Position numbers and translations under genes: made by a program. Source: Mobula hypostoma (taxonomy: Eukaryota). From it: 64,000 bases of DNA. The DNA lies in NCBI RefSeq assembly GCF_963921235.1, contig NC_086108.1:39868001-39932000 (forward strand), given 5' to 3'. A model generated the notes under the pieces. The model saw only the letters and a program-made list of their open reading frames with translations, ran no database searches and was not told where the DNA came from. Shown here piece after piece: positions 11,880 through 24,969 of this stretch (the first letter of the stretch is position 1; each line of letters starts with the position of its first letter).

Positions 11880-13213
11880 TTTTTTTCCTATTAAGTGCAA
11901 TCGTGAACATTAGCCAGATCAGAAATGCTGATCAAGTCAACTAGTTCTCAGAGAGAACTCTGATAGGCCAATCAGATGGTTCACTGCTGCTCAGCGATAG
12001 AACATTAAAAAATCATGTGTACAATTAAGAAATGTTAATGAATAGTAGAAATACTGGAGTCATGATGATCGTGATGAGGTCTGCTGGAGAGAGACATTTA
12101 TACACATGCTGTCCTCCATAATTCAAAGAGATTGAAGAATAAGGTTGCAGGGTGACAAAACGTGGCAGGAGCACTTGGAACTAAAAACTAATCCCTACCG
12201 GGAGAAAACAACACCTGTTCTTTTCGCACTGTTCTCCAGCAGTTTAAGGACTAAGTCCAGCCAGAACATAACTCACAAGTGCTCTTGAAAGTCAAGTATT
12301 AATCCTACCTACCAACAAACAAGCACTGCCGTCCTGGTCCCCTTCAAGATAGCTTATGAATAAGCATGTGACTTCTCTCCCAGAGATGATAGGTGTTTGT
12401 GCACTCGACTCTTGAAGGCTTGGACGCCATCGTCGCAGATGTTTCCAACCACAGCATCTGGAAGGCTGTTCCAAACTCTGATAGCACAGTGAAGGAAGCT
12501 TCTATCCAGTGTGTAGGTTCTCGCATCAGGCACAGAAACAGAATGAGCGGCATAGATAAACTTGATCGTGTGGTGCGCCGTCTCTCATAAGATGAAGGCA
12601 GCATGGCGCGAAGGTCTGCAGGACTGTGACTGGTCTGTATTTTGTATAGCACAGTAGCTGCAGCAACCTGTCGTCTGTGGTGTAAACTACTGATGGCTAT
12701 CTTCTCACGAGCTGTGGCTTCATCTACACCTATAATCCTGAGAGCCTTTCTTTGAATGTAATCAAGCTGGCTGAGGACACTCTGTGAGGCATCCATCCAT
12801 GATAAGCAGGCATACTCCATGATACTTCGTACCTGGGCTTTGTAAACCATGGCTCTGCCCTCTTTGACTGGTTTGGATGCTGCTTTCTGCAGTGCTCGAA
12901 GCCTTTGTCCAGTCTTGTTTGAAATAGTGGAAAGGTGTTTATCCCACACCAACTTGCTGTCAATATTAACACCAAGGATTACTAGCTCCTTCTTTAAATC
13001 CAGCTTGCACTTCCCAAAATACAGGTCGGGGTTAGATGGATTCCTCTTCCTAGACATCACCATCACCTTGCACTTAGTAGGCTCAAAGGTGACATTCCAG
13101 TCGTCTACCCAGGCTTTCATCCTGTCAAGATCCCTATTCAGTCTTGTTGCCACTGTATTACTCTCTCCTGCTCTAATTGGTGCAAATAGTGTGGGGTCGT
13201 CAGCGATGAGGTG
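11880..13213 (-). mobile_element. 5'-truncated CR1-group LINE, distinct from the common local CR1 family
   Basis: ORF 12344-13153 is an RT C-terminus (IADD just upstream, LGVNIDSKL.W..H, YKAQVRSIMEYA, LHHRR); long 3' UTR ending in an A-run near 11880. Confidence 0.75.
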
Positions 13214-13689
13214 AGATTAATAAATTGTCTTGGATTAAAGTTCTAAGGACTTTTGATCATAATATGACAGAACTCTAGATACAGTTGAGGGTGATTCATC
13301 AGGTGCAAAACAGTGTCCTCAGTTTGAGGACAATTGCAAAGATATGGTAGAAGAGCAGTCTGAGACCAAACTGGGGAAAATATGCTGAAGAAAAGGCCAG
13401 TAGTAAAGCAGTGGCATATATTTTAGCCATAGTATTCATCAGAAATTTATCCTAATCTAAAAAAATATTAAGAAAGCAAGTTTAAAAATGCGAATTTAAA
13501 AACTTGCCCATACAAAATGACAAAGTGACGGTGTACTTGGCAAAGTACTAAAAACCTGTTCCAATCAACGTGATGGAGTATTCAAAGACTCCTTCAGTCT
13601 CTCACTGCTGCAGTCAAAGGTTCCAAAGTTCCAGAGATTCAAAAGTACATCAGTCCTAGTAGTGCTCGAGAAGAGCATGGTGAGCTGCC

Positions 13690-15638
13690 TCAATGACTAT
13701 TGGCTGGAAGTACTCACATCTACTGTGCTTTGAGAGGTTGGTTATGGCGAGAATTAACTCCTGCCTGTGCAAGAACCTGAATGCTGCAATCTGCCTGCCA
13801 CCACAACAGGTGGACGCAGTCTCATGGGCTTTTCACCCAGCTTTGGAGGTCCTTGACAACAGCAATAGATACATCAGGCTGCTGTTTATTGATTAGAGAT
13901 CAGTGTTTGGCACCATCATCCCCTCACTACTAATCAACAAGCTTAAAAAAAATCCTGGGTCTAAAATGTACTACCCTTCACAACTGGATCCTTCACCTCC
14001 TTATTGGGCAACCACTGTCAGTGCAGATTGGTAACAACATTTCCTCCTCAATGATAGTCCACACAGGTGCACCTCAATGATGCATGTTCAGCCCACAGAT
14101 CTACTGTCTCTATGCTCATGACTTTGTGTGGCTCAGCACAGCTCCATCGATAACTTCACTGATGATATCACAGTTGTTTCTAGAATCTCAGTTGGCCATG
14201 AGGAGGCATGTAGGTCGGCTGATTGGGTGCTGTTGTAACAGCAACTTTGCACTCAACATCAGCAAGACCAAGGAATTGATTGTGGACTTAGGAGGAGAAG
14301 TTGGGAGAGCACACTCCAGTCCTCATTGAGAGATCAGTGGTGGAAAGGTTTAACAGTTTAAAGTTCCTTACTGTCAGCATCTTAAAGGATCTATCCTGGG
14401 CCCAACACATTGCAATAAAATAAAAAGGCATACCAGTGTTATACTTCATTTGGAGTTTTCAGAGATTTGGTATGTCACTAAAGACTCTAGCAAAAAAGAC
14501 TCTAGATTCATTGTAGAGAGCATTCTGGTTGCATCACTGCCTGGTATGGAGGCTCCACTACACAGGATCAAGAGACAGCAGAGCATTGTAGACTCTGCCA
14601 GCTTTATTATGGGCACAATCCTCCCCATCATTGAGAACATCTTTAAAAGGTGATACATGAAGAGATGGCACCATTAAGAACCCTCACCATCTGGACATGC
14701 CCTTTTCTCTTTACTATCATCAAGGAGGAAGTAGAGGAACCTGAAGAATCACACTCAATGTTTGAAGAACAGCTTCTTCCCCTCTGACATCAGATTTTTA
14801 AATGGTCTATGAACACTGTTATTTCGCTTTCATACAATTTATCTATCTATCTGTTTTTGTAACTTATTGTAATTTTTTATGTCTTGCAATGTATCACGGT
14901 CACAAAACAATATACTTCTTGACATATGGAGGAGGAGACGATGGCAGCGCGACACTGCTTGCGTGGCCACTCGGGTGAATGATGTCTGTAATCTGTCAAG
15001 TAGGGTGCCGTGCACAATCCTGATTTGATGGAGACAGACGTGAGAGAACGGAGGAACATCTGGAGAAACTTCTGAAATACCTTTTTTGCTGCCGCTGTTA
15101 CTGTGTGATCCAGAATCTCTGGAGGGGAATGCTCCGCATCCTCGGCTTTGTTTGTTGCTCAGCGGCCGGGACGGGGTCGAAGCGCTCGGTGCTGGGTGTT
15201 GAAGGGCTGGTCGGAGGCTCGGAGTTTTCGGTCGGACTCAGAGTCACCTGTGGTCGGGTGCTTCCAATGTATCGACAGTTGTCGGTGCCTGGAGGTTTAT
15301 GGCAGAGAGAGTTTCTCCCTTTTGTCGCCTGCCAGCGGGGACTATCAAGAGTCAATCAGAACTTTGAGACTTTTTTTTAACCGTTCCCATGGTCTGCTCT
15401 TTATCAAATTATGGTACTGCTTTGCACTGCTGTAACTTATAATTATGTGGTCTTGTCAGTGTTAGTCTTTGGTTTGTCTTGTTTTTTTTTGTGATATCAC
15501 TCTGGAGGAACATTGTATCATTTCTTAATGCATGCATGCATTTCTAAATGACAATAAACAAGGACTGAGTGTCCTCATAATCTAATCTAATCTAATCTAA
15601 TCTAATATGCAGTGGTGATAAACCTGGTTTTAATTCTG
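13690..15638 (+). mobile_element. Degraded Rex1/Babar LINE whose 3' tail is split by an insertion at 14928-15604
   Basis: CFERLVMA, YIRLLFID and FKFL remnants; same family as 50580-51987. Confidence 0.75.
14928..15604 (+). mobile_element. Non-autonomous retroposon family X, full-length copy 1
   Basis: GGAGGAGGAGACGATGGC head, AGGAC/GTCCT terminal hairpin, (ATCTA)n tail, short TSD ATAT(G); homologous to 26090-26723, 45891-46560 and 20654-20945. Confidence 0.8.
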
Positions 15639-15876
15639 CCATAAGGTGGTGATGGCCTAGAGGAACAGAGGCAACTAGGGGTGTACCTACAAGATGAAAA
15701 ATATTAACCATGAGAATTGTTGGAAAACAATATCAAAACATTCAGCAAGAGCCATGGATATATACAAAGTACGAGGGTAACCGAGATTGGTGTGGAATCC
15801 CTAGGGAATGAGTGTAAATTGGTGACTTGGTTTATTATTGTCACATATACAGTGTAACTGTATATGTGTCATATTG

Positions 15877-16335
15877 CATAACTATATAACAATTACAGCA
15901 CGGAAACAGGCCATCTTGGCCCTTCTAGTCCGTGCCGAACTCTTACTCTCACCTAGTCCCACCGATCTGCACTCAGCCCATAATCCTCCATTCCTTTCCT
16001 GTCCATATAGCTATCCAATTTAACTTTAAATGACAGCATCGAACCTGCCTCAACCACTTCTGCTGGAAGCTCATTCCACACAGCTACCACTCTCTGAGTA
16101 AAGAAGTTCCTCCTCATGTTACCCCTAAACTTTTGCCCTTTAACTCTCAACTCATGTCCTCTTGTTTGAATCTTGCCCACTCTCAATGGAAAAAGCCTAT
16201 CCACGTCAACTCTTGTCTATCCCCCTCATAATTTTAAATACCTCTATCAAGTCCCCCCTCAACCTTCTATGCTCCAAAGAATAAAGACCCAACTTGTTCA
16301 ACCTTTCTCTGTAATTTAGGAGATGAAACCCATCT
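15877..16335 (-). mobile_element. CR1 LINE 3' end
   Basis: ORF 15953-16204 TRGH.L...RRNFFTQRVVAVWNELP is the CR1 ORF2 C-terminus. Confidence 0.85.
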
Positions 16336-16499
16336 CCTGTATGTATCATACAGTGTCATATTGTCACTGTAATGTACAGTGAAAAATGTGCCTTGCATAC
16401 TGTCCATACAAACCAATTCATTACAACTTTGCATTGTAGTAATACAAAGTAAAACAACAATAGTAGAATAAAGTGTTACAGTACTCAGAATGTGTAGTG

Positions 16500-17230
16500 C
16501 AGCAGTCCCCAACCACCGGGCCGCAGAGCATGTGCTACCGGGGCCCGAGGAAACGATATGAGTCAGCTACACCTTTCCTCATTCCCTGTCACACACTGTA
16601 GAACTTGAGGATATAGTTGCCAACTGTCCCATATTTGCCAGGACATCCCGAATATTGGGCTAAATTGGTTTGTCCCTTATTTCCCCCCACTAAAGTAGAG
16701 CGTTTCTATGAAACCGTTTGTGCCGAAATGGTGGGAAGCGAAGAAGCAATTACCATTAATTTATATGGGAAAAATTTGTGAGACCCAAAAAATAACCTAA
16801 CAATTCATACCAAATAACGCATAAAACTGAAAATAACACTAACATATAGTAAAAGCTGGAATGTTATGACAAATACACAGCCTATATAAAGTAGAAATAA
16901 TGCATGTACAGTGTAGTCGGGAAGATGAAGGCAAAAGTGATTTGTGTTGGGGGGGGGGATTGGCACATACGCGCATGCGCACACAGGTGCCCGCGCAAGG
17001 CTTCATGGTCATGGTAGTTTTTCCTGGGGTAAAGTGTCCTGGAATTTGACTGCTACTTTTATCCCTTATTTGGGAGTAAGAAAGTTGGCAACCCTAACTG
17101 TAAAAGTCATGTTGAGGTGAGTTTAACCCTACTTAAACACTGCACCCCCCCCCACCCCCGGTCAGCTGGTCCGCAAGAATATTGTCAATATTAAACTGGT
17201 CTGCGGTGCAAAAAAGGTTGGGGACCCCTG
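16500..17230. mobile_element. Composite non-autonomous hAT element (MITE)
   Basis: TIRs CAGCAGTCCCCAACC / GGTTGGGGACCCCTG; perfect 8-bp TSD GTGTAGTG (16492-16499, 17231-17238). Confidence 0.88.
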
Positions 17231-17238
17231 GTGTAGTG

Positions 17239-18505
17239 TATGTAGATAGTATGATGTAAGGTCACGAAATGGTAGATTGTGAGGTTAGAATCCATCCTTT
17301 TGCACTAGAGAATCATTCAAAAGTTTTGTAACAGCACAATAGAATCTATCCTTGAGCCTGGTGGTATATGCTTTCAGGCTTTTGTATCTTCTGCCTGATG
17401 GAAGGGGAGGTAGAAGAGAGAATGACTGTGATGGGTGGGAACTTTTATTATGCTAGCTGCGTTATTGAGGCAGTGAGAAGTGTAGACAGAATCCATGGAG
17501 TGGAGGTTGGTGTCTGTGATGTGCTGAGCTCACTCCCCAGCTCTAAAAGTTTCTTGTAGTCATGGGCGGAGCATTTGCTGCACCAAGCTATGATGTATAC
17601 ATACAAGGTCCTTTCTATGGTGCATTTATAAAAATTTGATAGGATCAAAAGGGACACTGTGAATTTCTTCAGAACAGGTATTGATGATGTCATGATACGA
17701 TGTCATTAGCATCTCTATCCGCTTGTACTCTGACTCATCATTGAACAGGGAATGATGACATGGTGAATAAGCCAATATGCTGTATAAATTTTCATTGTGA
17801 AGGACATATTCCAAATATTCCAAAATTAAGATGGGTTCAAGGTAAATTTATTACCGTATACTACCTTGAGATTTATTTTGTTACAGGCACTTGTAGGAAA
17901 AAAGAAATGCAGTAAGAACCTGGTGGTGTGGGACCTAAGGCTTTTGTACCTTCTACTAATGGTAGTAGCAAGCAGAGGCCATGGCTTGGATGGTTGGAGT
18001 CTGTGATGATCGATGCTGCTTTCTTATGGCAGTGCTCCATGTCAATTTCCTCACTGGTGGGGAGAGTTTCACTTGTGATCAACTGGGCTGTATCGTGTTT
18101 CTGGGCATTGATGTTTCTATGGCAGGCTGTGATGCAACCAGTTAGGATATTCTCCTCTGTGCATCTATCGAAGTTCGTCGATTTTTGGTGATCTGCTAAA
18201 TCTATGCAAAGTTCTAAGAAAGTGGAGATGCTGTCATGTTTTATTTATGATAGCACTTATGTGCTAATTCCACAACAGATCCTCTGAAATGTCACAAGAA
18301 TTTTAAAGTTATTGACTCTCTCCACCTCTGGTCCCCTAATGAGGATCACCAGCTTCTTTCTCCTTTAGTCAATAATCAGCTCTTTGGTTTTGCTGACATT
18401 GAGTGAGAGGTTGTTGTGACACCACTCAGCAAGATTTTCAATCTCCCTGCTATATGCTAATTCCTCATGTCCTCTGATTTGGCCAACAACAGTGGTATCA
18501 TCAGC
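17239..18505 (-). mobile_element. Two degraded Rex1-type LINE 3' fragments (~17239-17690, ~17835-18505)
   Basis: NFYKCTIE, KKAASII.D..HP.H.L..LLP remnants in ORFs 17448-17693 and 17873-18082. Confidence 0.65.
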
Positions 18506-19615
18506 GAGGCCTTTGACAAACTGCTGCATGGGAGATTAGTCAAGCAGTTTCAATTGCTTGACATTCAGGATAGATAGAAAACTGGATTCAATATTGTCTC
18601 TGCAGGAGAAGCCACAGAGTGGTAGTAGATGGTTGCTTCTCTGACTGGAGGCCTGCAACTAGTGGAGTGCTACAGAGTTCAGTGCTAGATTCATCGTTGT
18701 TTGTCATCTATATCAGCAATCTGCACGATAATGTGGTAAACTGGATTCACAAATTCACGGATGACACCAAAATTGGGGGTGTAGTAGACAGCAACAAAGG
18801 TTATCAAAGCTTGCAGCATGATCTGGCCAGCTGAGAGAATGGGCTGAAAAATGGCTGATGGAATTTAATGCAGCCAAGTATGAGGTGTTGCACTTCGAGA
18901 TGATAAACCAGGGTAGGAATTACGCAGTGAACTTACAAAGTAAAGCACTGAGGAGTGCAGTAGAACACAGGGATCTGGAAGTACTGATCCATGATTCCTT
19001 GAAAATTGTATCACTTAGCTAGGGTCATAAATCTGAATTTTGAGTACAAGAGTTGGGATGTATTGTTGAAGTTGTATAAGATGTTGGTGAGACCAAATTT
19101 GGAGCACCGTGTGCAGTTCTGGTCACCTATATACAGAGGAGATGTCAGTAAAGTTGAAAGAATACAGAGCAAATTTACAAGGATATTACCAGGACATGAG
19201 GCCTTAAGTTATAGGGAAAGTTTGAATAGGCTAGCACATTATTCACTGGAATGTAGGAGAATGAGGGGAGATTTGACAGAGATATACAACATTACGAGGG
19301 GTATAAATGGGGTAAATGCAAGTAGGATTTTACCACTGAGGTTGAGTAAGACTAGGACTAGAGGCCATGGGTTGAAGGTGAAAGGTGAAATATTTAAGGG
19401 AAATCTGAGGGGGAGGTTCTTCTTCAGAGGATGGTGCAAGTGTGTAGATATTGGTTCAATTTAACCATTTAAGAGAAGTTTGGATAAGTACATGGAAGGG
19501 GTATGGAGGGCTATGGTCCAGGTGCAGGTTGATGGGGCTAGGCAGAATAACAGTTCAGCATGGACTAGATGAGCCAGAAGGCTTGTTTCTGGGCTTGAGT
19601 GCTCCATTACTCTAA
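18506..19615 (+). mobile_element. CR1 LINE, 5'-truncated
   Basis: ORFs 18619-18834 (SGV.Q.SVL, KFTDDTKIGG) and 19006-19464 (LVRPNLE, TRTRGH). Confidence 0.88.
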
Positions 19616-19900
19616 ATAGTGGATTGGAGCTATGCTTAGTCGCACAGTCATAAATATAAAATATAGAGCAGGAGGTTAAGCTGAGAGCTCTGAAGTGTAA
19701 CTATACTGGTGGTGGGTATGAAGGTAATGTTGTCAATCTGTACTACCTGGGATCTGTCACTGAGGAAATCAAGTATCCAGTTGCACAGAACATTAGTGAG
19801 GCCCAGGTCTTGGAGCTTAGTGATGAATTTTGAGAGGATAGTAGTGTTGAATGCTGAGCTGTAATCGATAAACATCCTGACATATGCATCTATCTTGTTC
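19616..19900 (-). mobile_element. Rex1 RT fragment
   Basis: [14 protein letters not shown]...LCNWILDFL in ORF 19648-20016. Confidence 0.7.
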
Positions 19901-20653
19901 AATTTCAAATAGGAAAGGAGAATTAGTAACAATCCCATCATGAGTGGCAAAGTATTAAGAAAGTCCAGGAGGACTAAAGACTGACATATTACTAGGACCT
20001 GATGGCCTCTATCCAAGGCTATTAAAGAAGTAGCTATAGAGATAGTGGAGTAATTGGTTGAAGTTTTTTAAAGCTCAAAGTTCCAGATGGTACTAGAGGA
20101 AAGGGAGATCATAAATATGGCTCACTTGTTTAAGGAGGGGAGAGGCAAAATGTGGAAAACAATAAGCATATTAACGTCTTTAATTGGAAGGATTATAATA
20201 AGACCATAAGTCTATGAGATAGAAGAGTAGAATGAGGCCATTCAGCCCATCATGTCCGCTTCACCATCTCATCATGGCTGATCCATTTCTCTTTCAGCCC
20301 CAGTCACCTGCCTTCTCTCCCTGTCCCTTCATGCCTTGACTAATCAAGAATCTGTCAATCTCTGCCTTAAATATACCCAAACACTTGGCCTCCACAGCCG
20401 CCTGTGGCAACAAGTTCCACAGATTCACCACCCTTTAGCTAAAAAAAATTCCTCCTCATCTCCCTTCTAAATGAACGTCCCTCTATTCTGAGACTGTATC
20501 CTCTGCTCTTAGACTTCCTCACCATAGGAACATCCTTGCCACATCCACTTTTTTGAGACATTTGATAGGTTTTAATAAGATCCCCACCTCATTCTTCTGA
20601 TTTCCTGTGACTACAGGCCCAGAGCCATCAAACACTTCTCATATAATAAACCT

Positions 20654-20945
20654 GTGGTCGGATGCTTCCAGGATGCTGCACTGGCAAGTTGGCGGTGCTG
20701 GAGGTTTACCGACTGCGTGAGATGTTGGGACTTTCAAGAGACTTTGAGACTTTTACTGTGCCATGGTCTGTTCTTATCAAATTACGATATTGCTTTGCAC
20801 TGTTGTAACTATATGTTATAATTACTTGTCGGTTTGTCATGTGTTTTCGTGATATCATTCTGGAAAAACATTTTATCATTTCTTAATGCATGCATTACTA
20901 AATGACAATAAGAGGGGACTGTGTGTCCTCATAATCATAATAATC
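20654..20945 (+). mobile_element. Family X retroposon, 5'-truncated copy
   Basis: Matches the 3' half of 14928-15604; (ATAATC)n-like tail. Confidence 0.75.
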
Positions 20946-21093
20946 AATCCTGGAATCATTTTCGGGATCCTCCTTTGAACTCTCTCCAACTTCACCACAT
21001 TCCTTCTTAGATAAGGGGCCCAAAACTACGTACAACATTCCAAATGAGGCCTCAGCAAGGCCTTATAAATCCTCGACATTACATCCTTGCTTT

Positions 21094-21386
21094 TATACTT
21101 TACACTTTATTGTCGCCAAACAATTGACACTAAAACGTACAATCATCACAGCGATATTTGATTCTGCGCTTCGCGCTCCCTGGAGTACAAATCGATAGTA
21201 AATATTAAAAATTTAAATTATAACTCATAAATAGAAAATAGAAAAGGGGAAGTAAGGTAGTGCAAAAACACCGAGAGGCAGGTCCGGATATTTGGAGGGT
21301 ACGGCCCAGATCTAGGTCAGGATCTGTTCAGCAGTCTTATCACAGTTGGAAAGAGGCTGTTCCCAAATCTGGCTGTACGAGTCTTC
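21094..21386 (-). mobile_element. Young 3' fragment of a LINE (Rex1/L2-like)
   Basis: CpG-retaining segment with minus-strand AATAAAGTGTAAAGTATA tail, interrupting the CR1 at a TATA site. Confidence 0.5.
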
Positions 21387-21959
21387 TATATATTCTAGGC
21401 CTCTCGAAATGAATGCTAACTTTGCATTTGCCTTCCTCATCACTGACTCAACCTGGAAATTAACCTTTAGGGGATCCTGCACAAGGAATTCAATTCCCTT
21501 TGCATCTCAGATTTTTTAATTTTCTCTGCATTTTGAAAATAGTCTACACTTTTATTTCTTTTACCAAAGTGCATGACCTTACACTTCCTGTCACTGTATT
21601 CCATCTGCTCTCTCTTTGCCATTCTCCTAATCTGTCTAAGTCCGTCTGCAACCTCTCGGCTTCCTCAACACTACCTGTCCCTCCATCTCTCTTCATATTA
21701 TCCACAAACTTGGCTACAGAGCCATCAGTTCCATCATCCAAATTGTTGACATATAACGTAAAAAGAAGTGGTGCCTACACAGACACTGGTGGAATACCAC
21801 TAATCACCAGCAGCCAATCAGAAAGGGCTCCCTTTATTCCCACTCTTTGCCTCCTCCCAATCTTCTGTCCATGTTGGTATCTTTCCTGTAATACAGTGGG
21901 CTTTAAGGATCCAAGGAATCAAGAAAGAAAGAGCTGTTTAGAGAAGCCTAATGTAATCA

Positions 21960-23340
21960 AACCAAGTTAGTATGATTGTCTAAAAAGGTAATTAATTTTG
22001 CTAAGTTTTTTAGAGTTATTAATGGATATGCCATGCAAGGTCAGTTAAGGGGAACCCATAGGTGTAGGGTATTTGGATTTATAGAAAGCATTCATTTAGG
22101 TGACACAAAATTCTGTTGCACAGCTTGAGAGTTGAAGATGCTAGGGAAGTGCATCAACGTGGACTGTTAAATCATAAAGGTGACAAAGTTGGAATAAAAA
22201 ACAAACGAGAAAATCTGCAGATGCTGGAAATCCAAGCAACACACACAAAATGCTGGAGAAACTCAGCAGGTCAGGCGGTATCTATGGAAAAAAAGTACAG
22301 TTGATGTTTCAGACTGAGATCCTTTGAATATTGGTTATTATTTGTTATTGGTGATGAAACATCTGGAAGCTAATTGCCAAGCTCAGTGAACATTACAACA
22401 TTAAAACTGCCCAACTTGAGCTATCAATGTTGGTTAGAATAAATGGGTCTTTTTTGGACTTATGTGATATAATTAGTGGTGTGTCCCAAACACTTGTGCC
22501 ATTGATCATTTGCTATCTTTATTATTGACTTGATTGGGGACAACGTGTAAGATAACAAAAGTTCGGTAAAAATAACGAGGGTGGGCTTGGTGGGATAAAG
22601 ATATTTGAACTCTGCAGCAGCATATAGATTAAGAGAATGGATGAAAACATAGCAAATGAAATTTAATATTGGAAGGTGGAGATCCTGCATTTCAGGAGGC
22701 AGAATCAAAAGGCATTTTATTCACATAGAGAATGACATTATGGAGTGATCTGGGCTGATCTTGTGTTTGAACGCAATAACTTAGGATTCAGATGCAGAAT
22801 GTTGTTAAGAAACCAAATGGTATTTCTTAATTGCTAGAGGATTGAATTTAATTATATTTTTAGGCTGAACCTGGAGTATTTTATACAGTTTTGGTCTTAA
22901 TATTTATGAGAGGATATAACAGCATTGGAATCTGTCCAAAGAACTTCTGTAGGTCAATTTCTGTGACGAAAGGGTTCTGTGACGAATCTGATTATCGGGT
23001 ATTTAAAGTAGATGTGTTGTCTTTGAATAAGGTATAAAACTTAAAGTTGAGCTGACAAGATAAATGCTCAGATGTTTCCACTTGGAGTCTCTAATATAGT
23101 TACAAAACAAGAGGGGAGGTTATTTAACATTAATATGCATAGGAATTTTGTGTTGTGTGGGTGGTGAATCTCTGGAATCCTCTTCCTCAAAGGGTTGTAA
23201 AGAGGATCATCAGGGCTATTTAAAGTAAAAGTAGATACATATTTGACAGATTGGGGGGATTGAGCATTATGTGGAGGTAGCTCAGTGTTGATAATATTGA
23301 ATGTTGGGGCAGGCTTCAAGGGTCAGGTGGTCTGCTCTTT
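21960..23340 (+). mobile_element. Heavily degraded CR1 with a nested minus-strand Penelope pLTR (~22200-22325)
   Basis: YLDF.KAF-like and 3' end remnants; AAAATCTGCAGATGCTGGAAATCC PLE terminus. Confidence 0.55.
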
Positions 23341-23764
23341 TTTAAATTAGGCTGAGTAAGTGAGACTGTGATGAATGACTGGGTTATATCCAATTGTGAG
23401 TAGTGGACACAGTGGTGGATATGTGGAAGCTGACAGCTAGAGATTGTCTTTATTGGAGTTCTTTCAAAAGAGCAGCATGTTTTGAGGTCTTGAAGTACCA
23501 CTCAAAGATATAAGCAATAAAAATTGTCACCAAGTTCAAGAAAGAAATATTAGGGCAGATAATTTTTTAAAAAACACATATGTTTTGGATTGCAAGGAAA
23601 ACTCTTGATAAGGCACAATTTAGAAGATTGGCCTGAAGTGGTGGAGGAGGGATTCAATAATGTGGTTCATAATTTTAAATGATAGTTGTTGTCCACAGAG
23701 ATCGGTGAAATGGCCTTGAAGTAGAAAAGCGGGAGAATCAGTTACTATAGCTGAAGGTGAATAT

Positions 23765-24294
23765 CAGACATAGAACAGTCAATGTGGGTTCTTTGCCCCA
23801 TGATGATTTGCTGACCGAAATAAGCCTACATCATGATCAAACTAACTCTTTACTCTTTTAGAGCGTATAACCCTCCATTTTTCTTAAATGCATGAGCCTA
23901 TCTAATAGACTTATAAATATACCGATTACATCAGCCTCTATCACCGCCCTCAGCAGAGTGTTCCAGGCGCCCACTGCTCTCTATGTGTAAAATAAACTAC
24001 CTCTGATATTTCCCCAAGACACTCCTGTACCTCAGATGGATGTAGTCTGCTATTGGCCACTGTACCTTTGGGGGAAAAGGTGTTGGCTGTCCACTTTATC
24101 TATGCCACTTATGATCTTATACACCCCTATCAAGTTTTCTCTCATCCTTCATCGCTTCAAAAAAAAAGGCCCTGGCTCACGCAACCTTTCCTCATTAGAC
24201 ATGTTTTCTAATCCAGGTAGCAAAAAGGTAAATCTCCCCTGCATCCTTTAATACTTCCACATCTTTCCTATATTGAGGCAACCAAGACTGAATA
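23765..24294 (-). mobile_element. CR1 LINE 3' fragment
   Basis: Similar to the other minus-strand CR1 3' ends in the window. Confidence 0.6.
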
Positions 24295-24550
24295 TGGCAC
24301 AGTAGTGTAGTGATTAGCACAACACTTTACAGTACCAGTGACCCGGGTTCAATTCCTGCTGCTGCTGTCTAAGGAGTTTGTATGTTCTCCCTGTGACCAC
24401 GTGGGCTTTCTCTGGGTAGTGTGGTTTCTTCCCACAGTCCAAAGATGTACCAGTGGGTAGGTTAATAGGTCATTGTAAATTGTCCTGTGATTAGGCTAGG
24501 GTTAAATCGGTGTTTGCTGGGCAGCGAGGCTCAAAGGGCCGGAAGGGCCT
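24295..24550 (+). mobile_element. tRNA-derived V-SINE (HE1-like)
   Basis: Box A-like TAGTGTAGTGA and box B GGTTCAATTCC, followed by the V-domain GGAGTTTGTATGTTCTCCCTGTG...CCCACAGTCCAAAGA. Confidence 0.8.
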
Positions 24551-24596
24551 TCTATCTATCTATCTATCTATCTATCTATCCATCTATCTATCTATT
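24551..24596. repeat. (TCTA)n microsatellite
   Basis: About 11 TCTA units with one TCCA variant. Confidence 0.95.
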
Positions 24597-24969
24597 TGTA
24601 CAGGTAGATAGATAAATTGATGAATGAATGGAGTAGGAGTGAAGCCTGTCCCACCATTCAACATAATGGCTGATCTCCCACAGAGTTCACCTCTTCTGTG
24701 CTAGATCCTCATTCCTCTCAATCCTCAATCTTTCGAATAACTATCAATTGTCACTTTAAATACTTCTAATGAGCTAGCCTCCGCAATTGCCTGGGCAGCA
24801 AATTCCAGTGATTCACTACTCTGAGAGAGGAAGAAATATTAAGAGGCCGCCTACTGTGCTATTTCTGTAGCTTTATGAAGTATCATTCTCTACTGATATT
24901 TTGTTTATCAGTGCTTAGTAGTAGCATTATTCCCTCAAAGATGTTTTTTTCATTTTTTGGTTATACCAT

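Larger units (their letters stand above)
20200..21900 (-). mobile_element. CR1 LINE with two nested insertions (20654-20945, ~21094-21386)
   Basis: AKFVDN, RLQTDLDRLGEW in ORF 21544-21741; CR1 3' tail near 20200. Confidence 0.8.

Noticed and set aside
24295..24365. tRNA gene
   Set aside because: Has A/B boxes but runs into a V-SINE body and lacks a proper cloverleaf; it is a SINE head.
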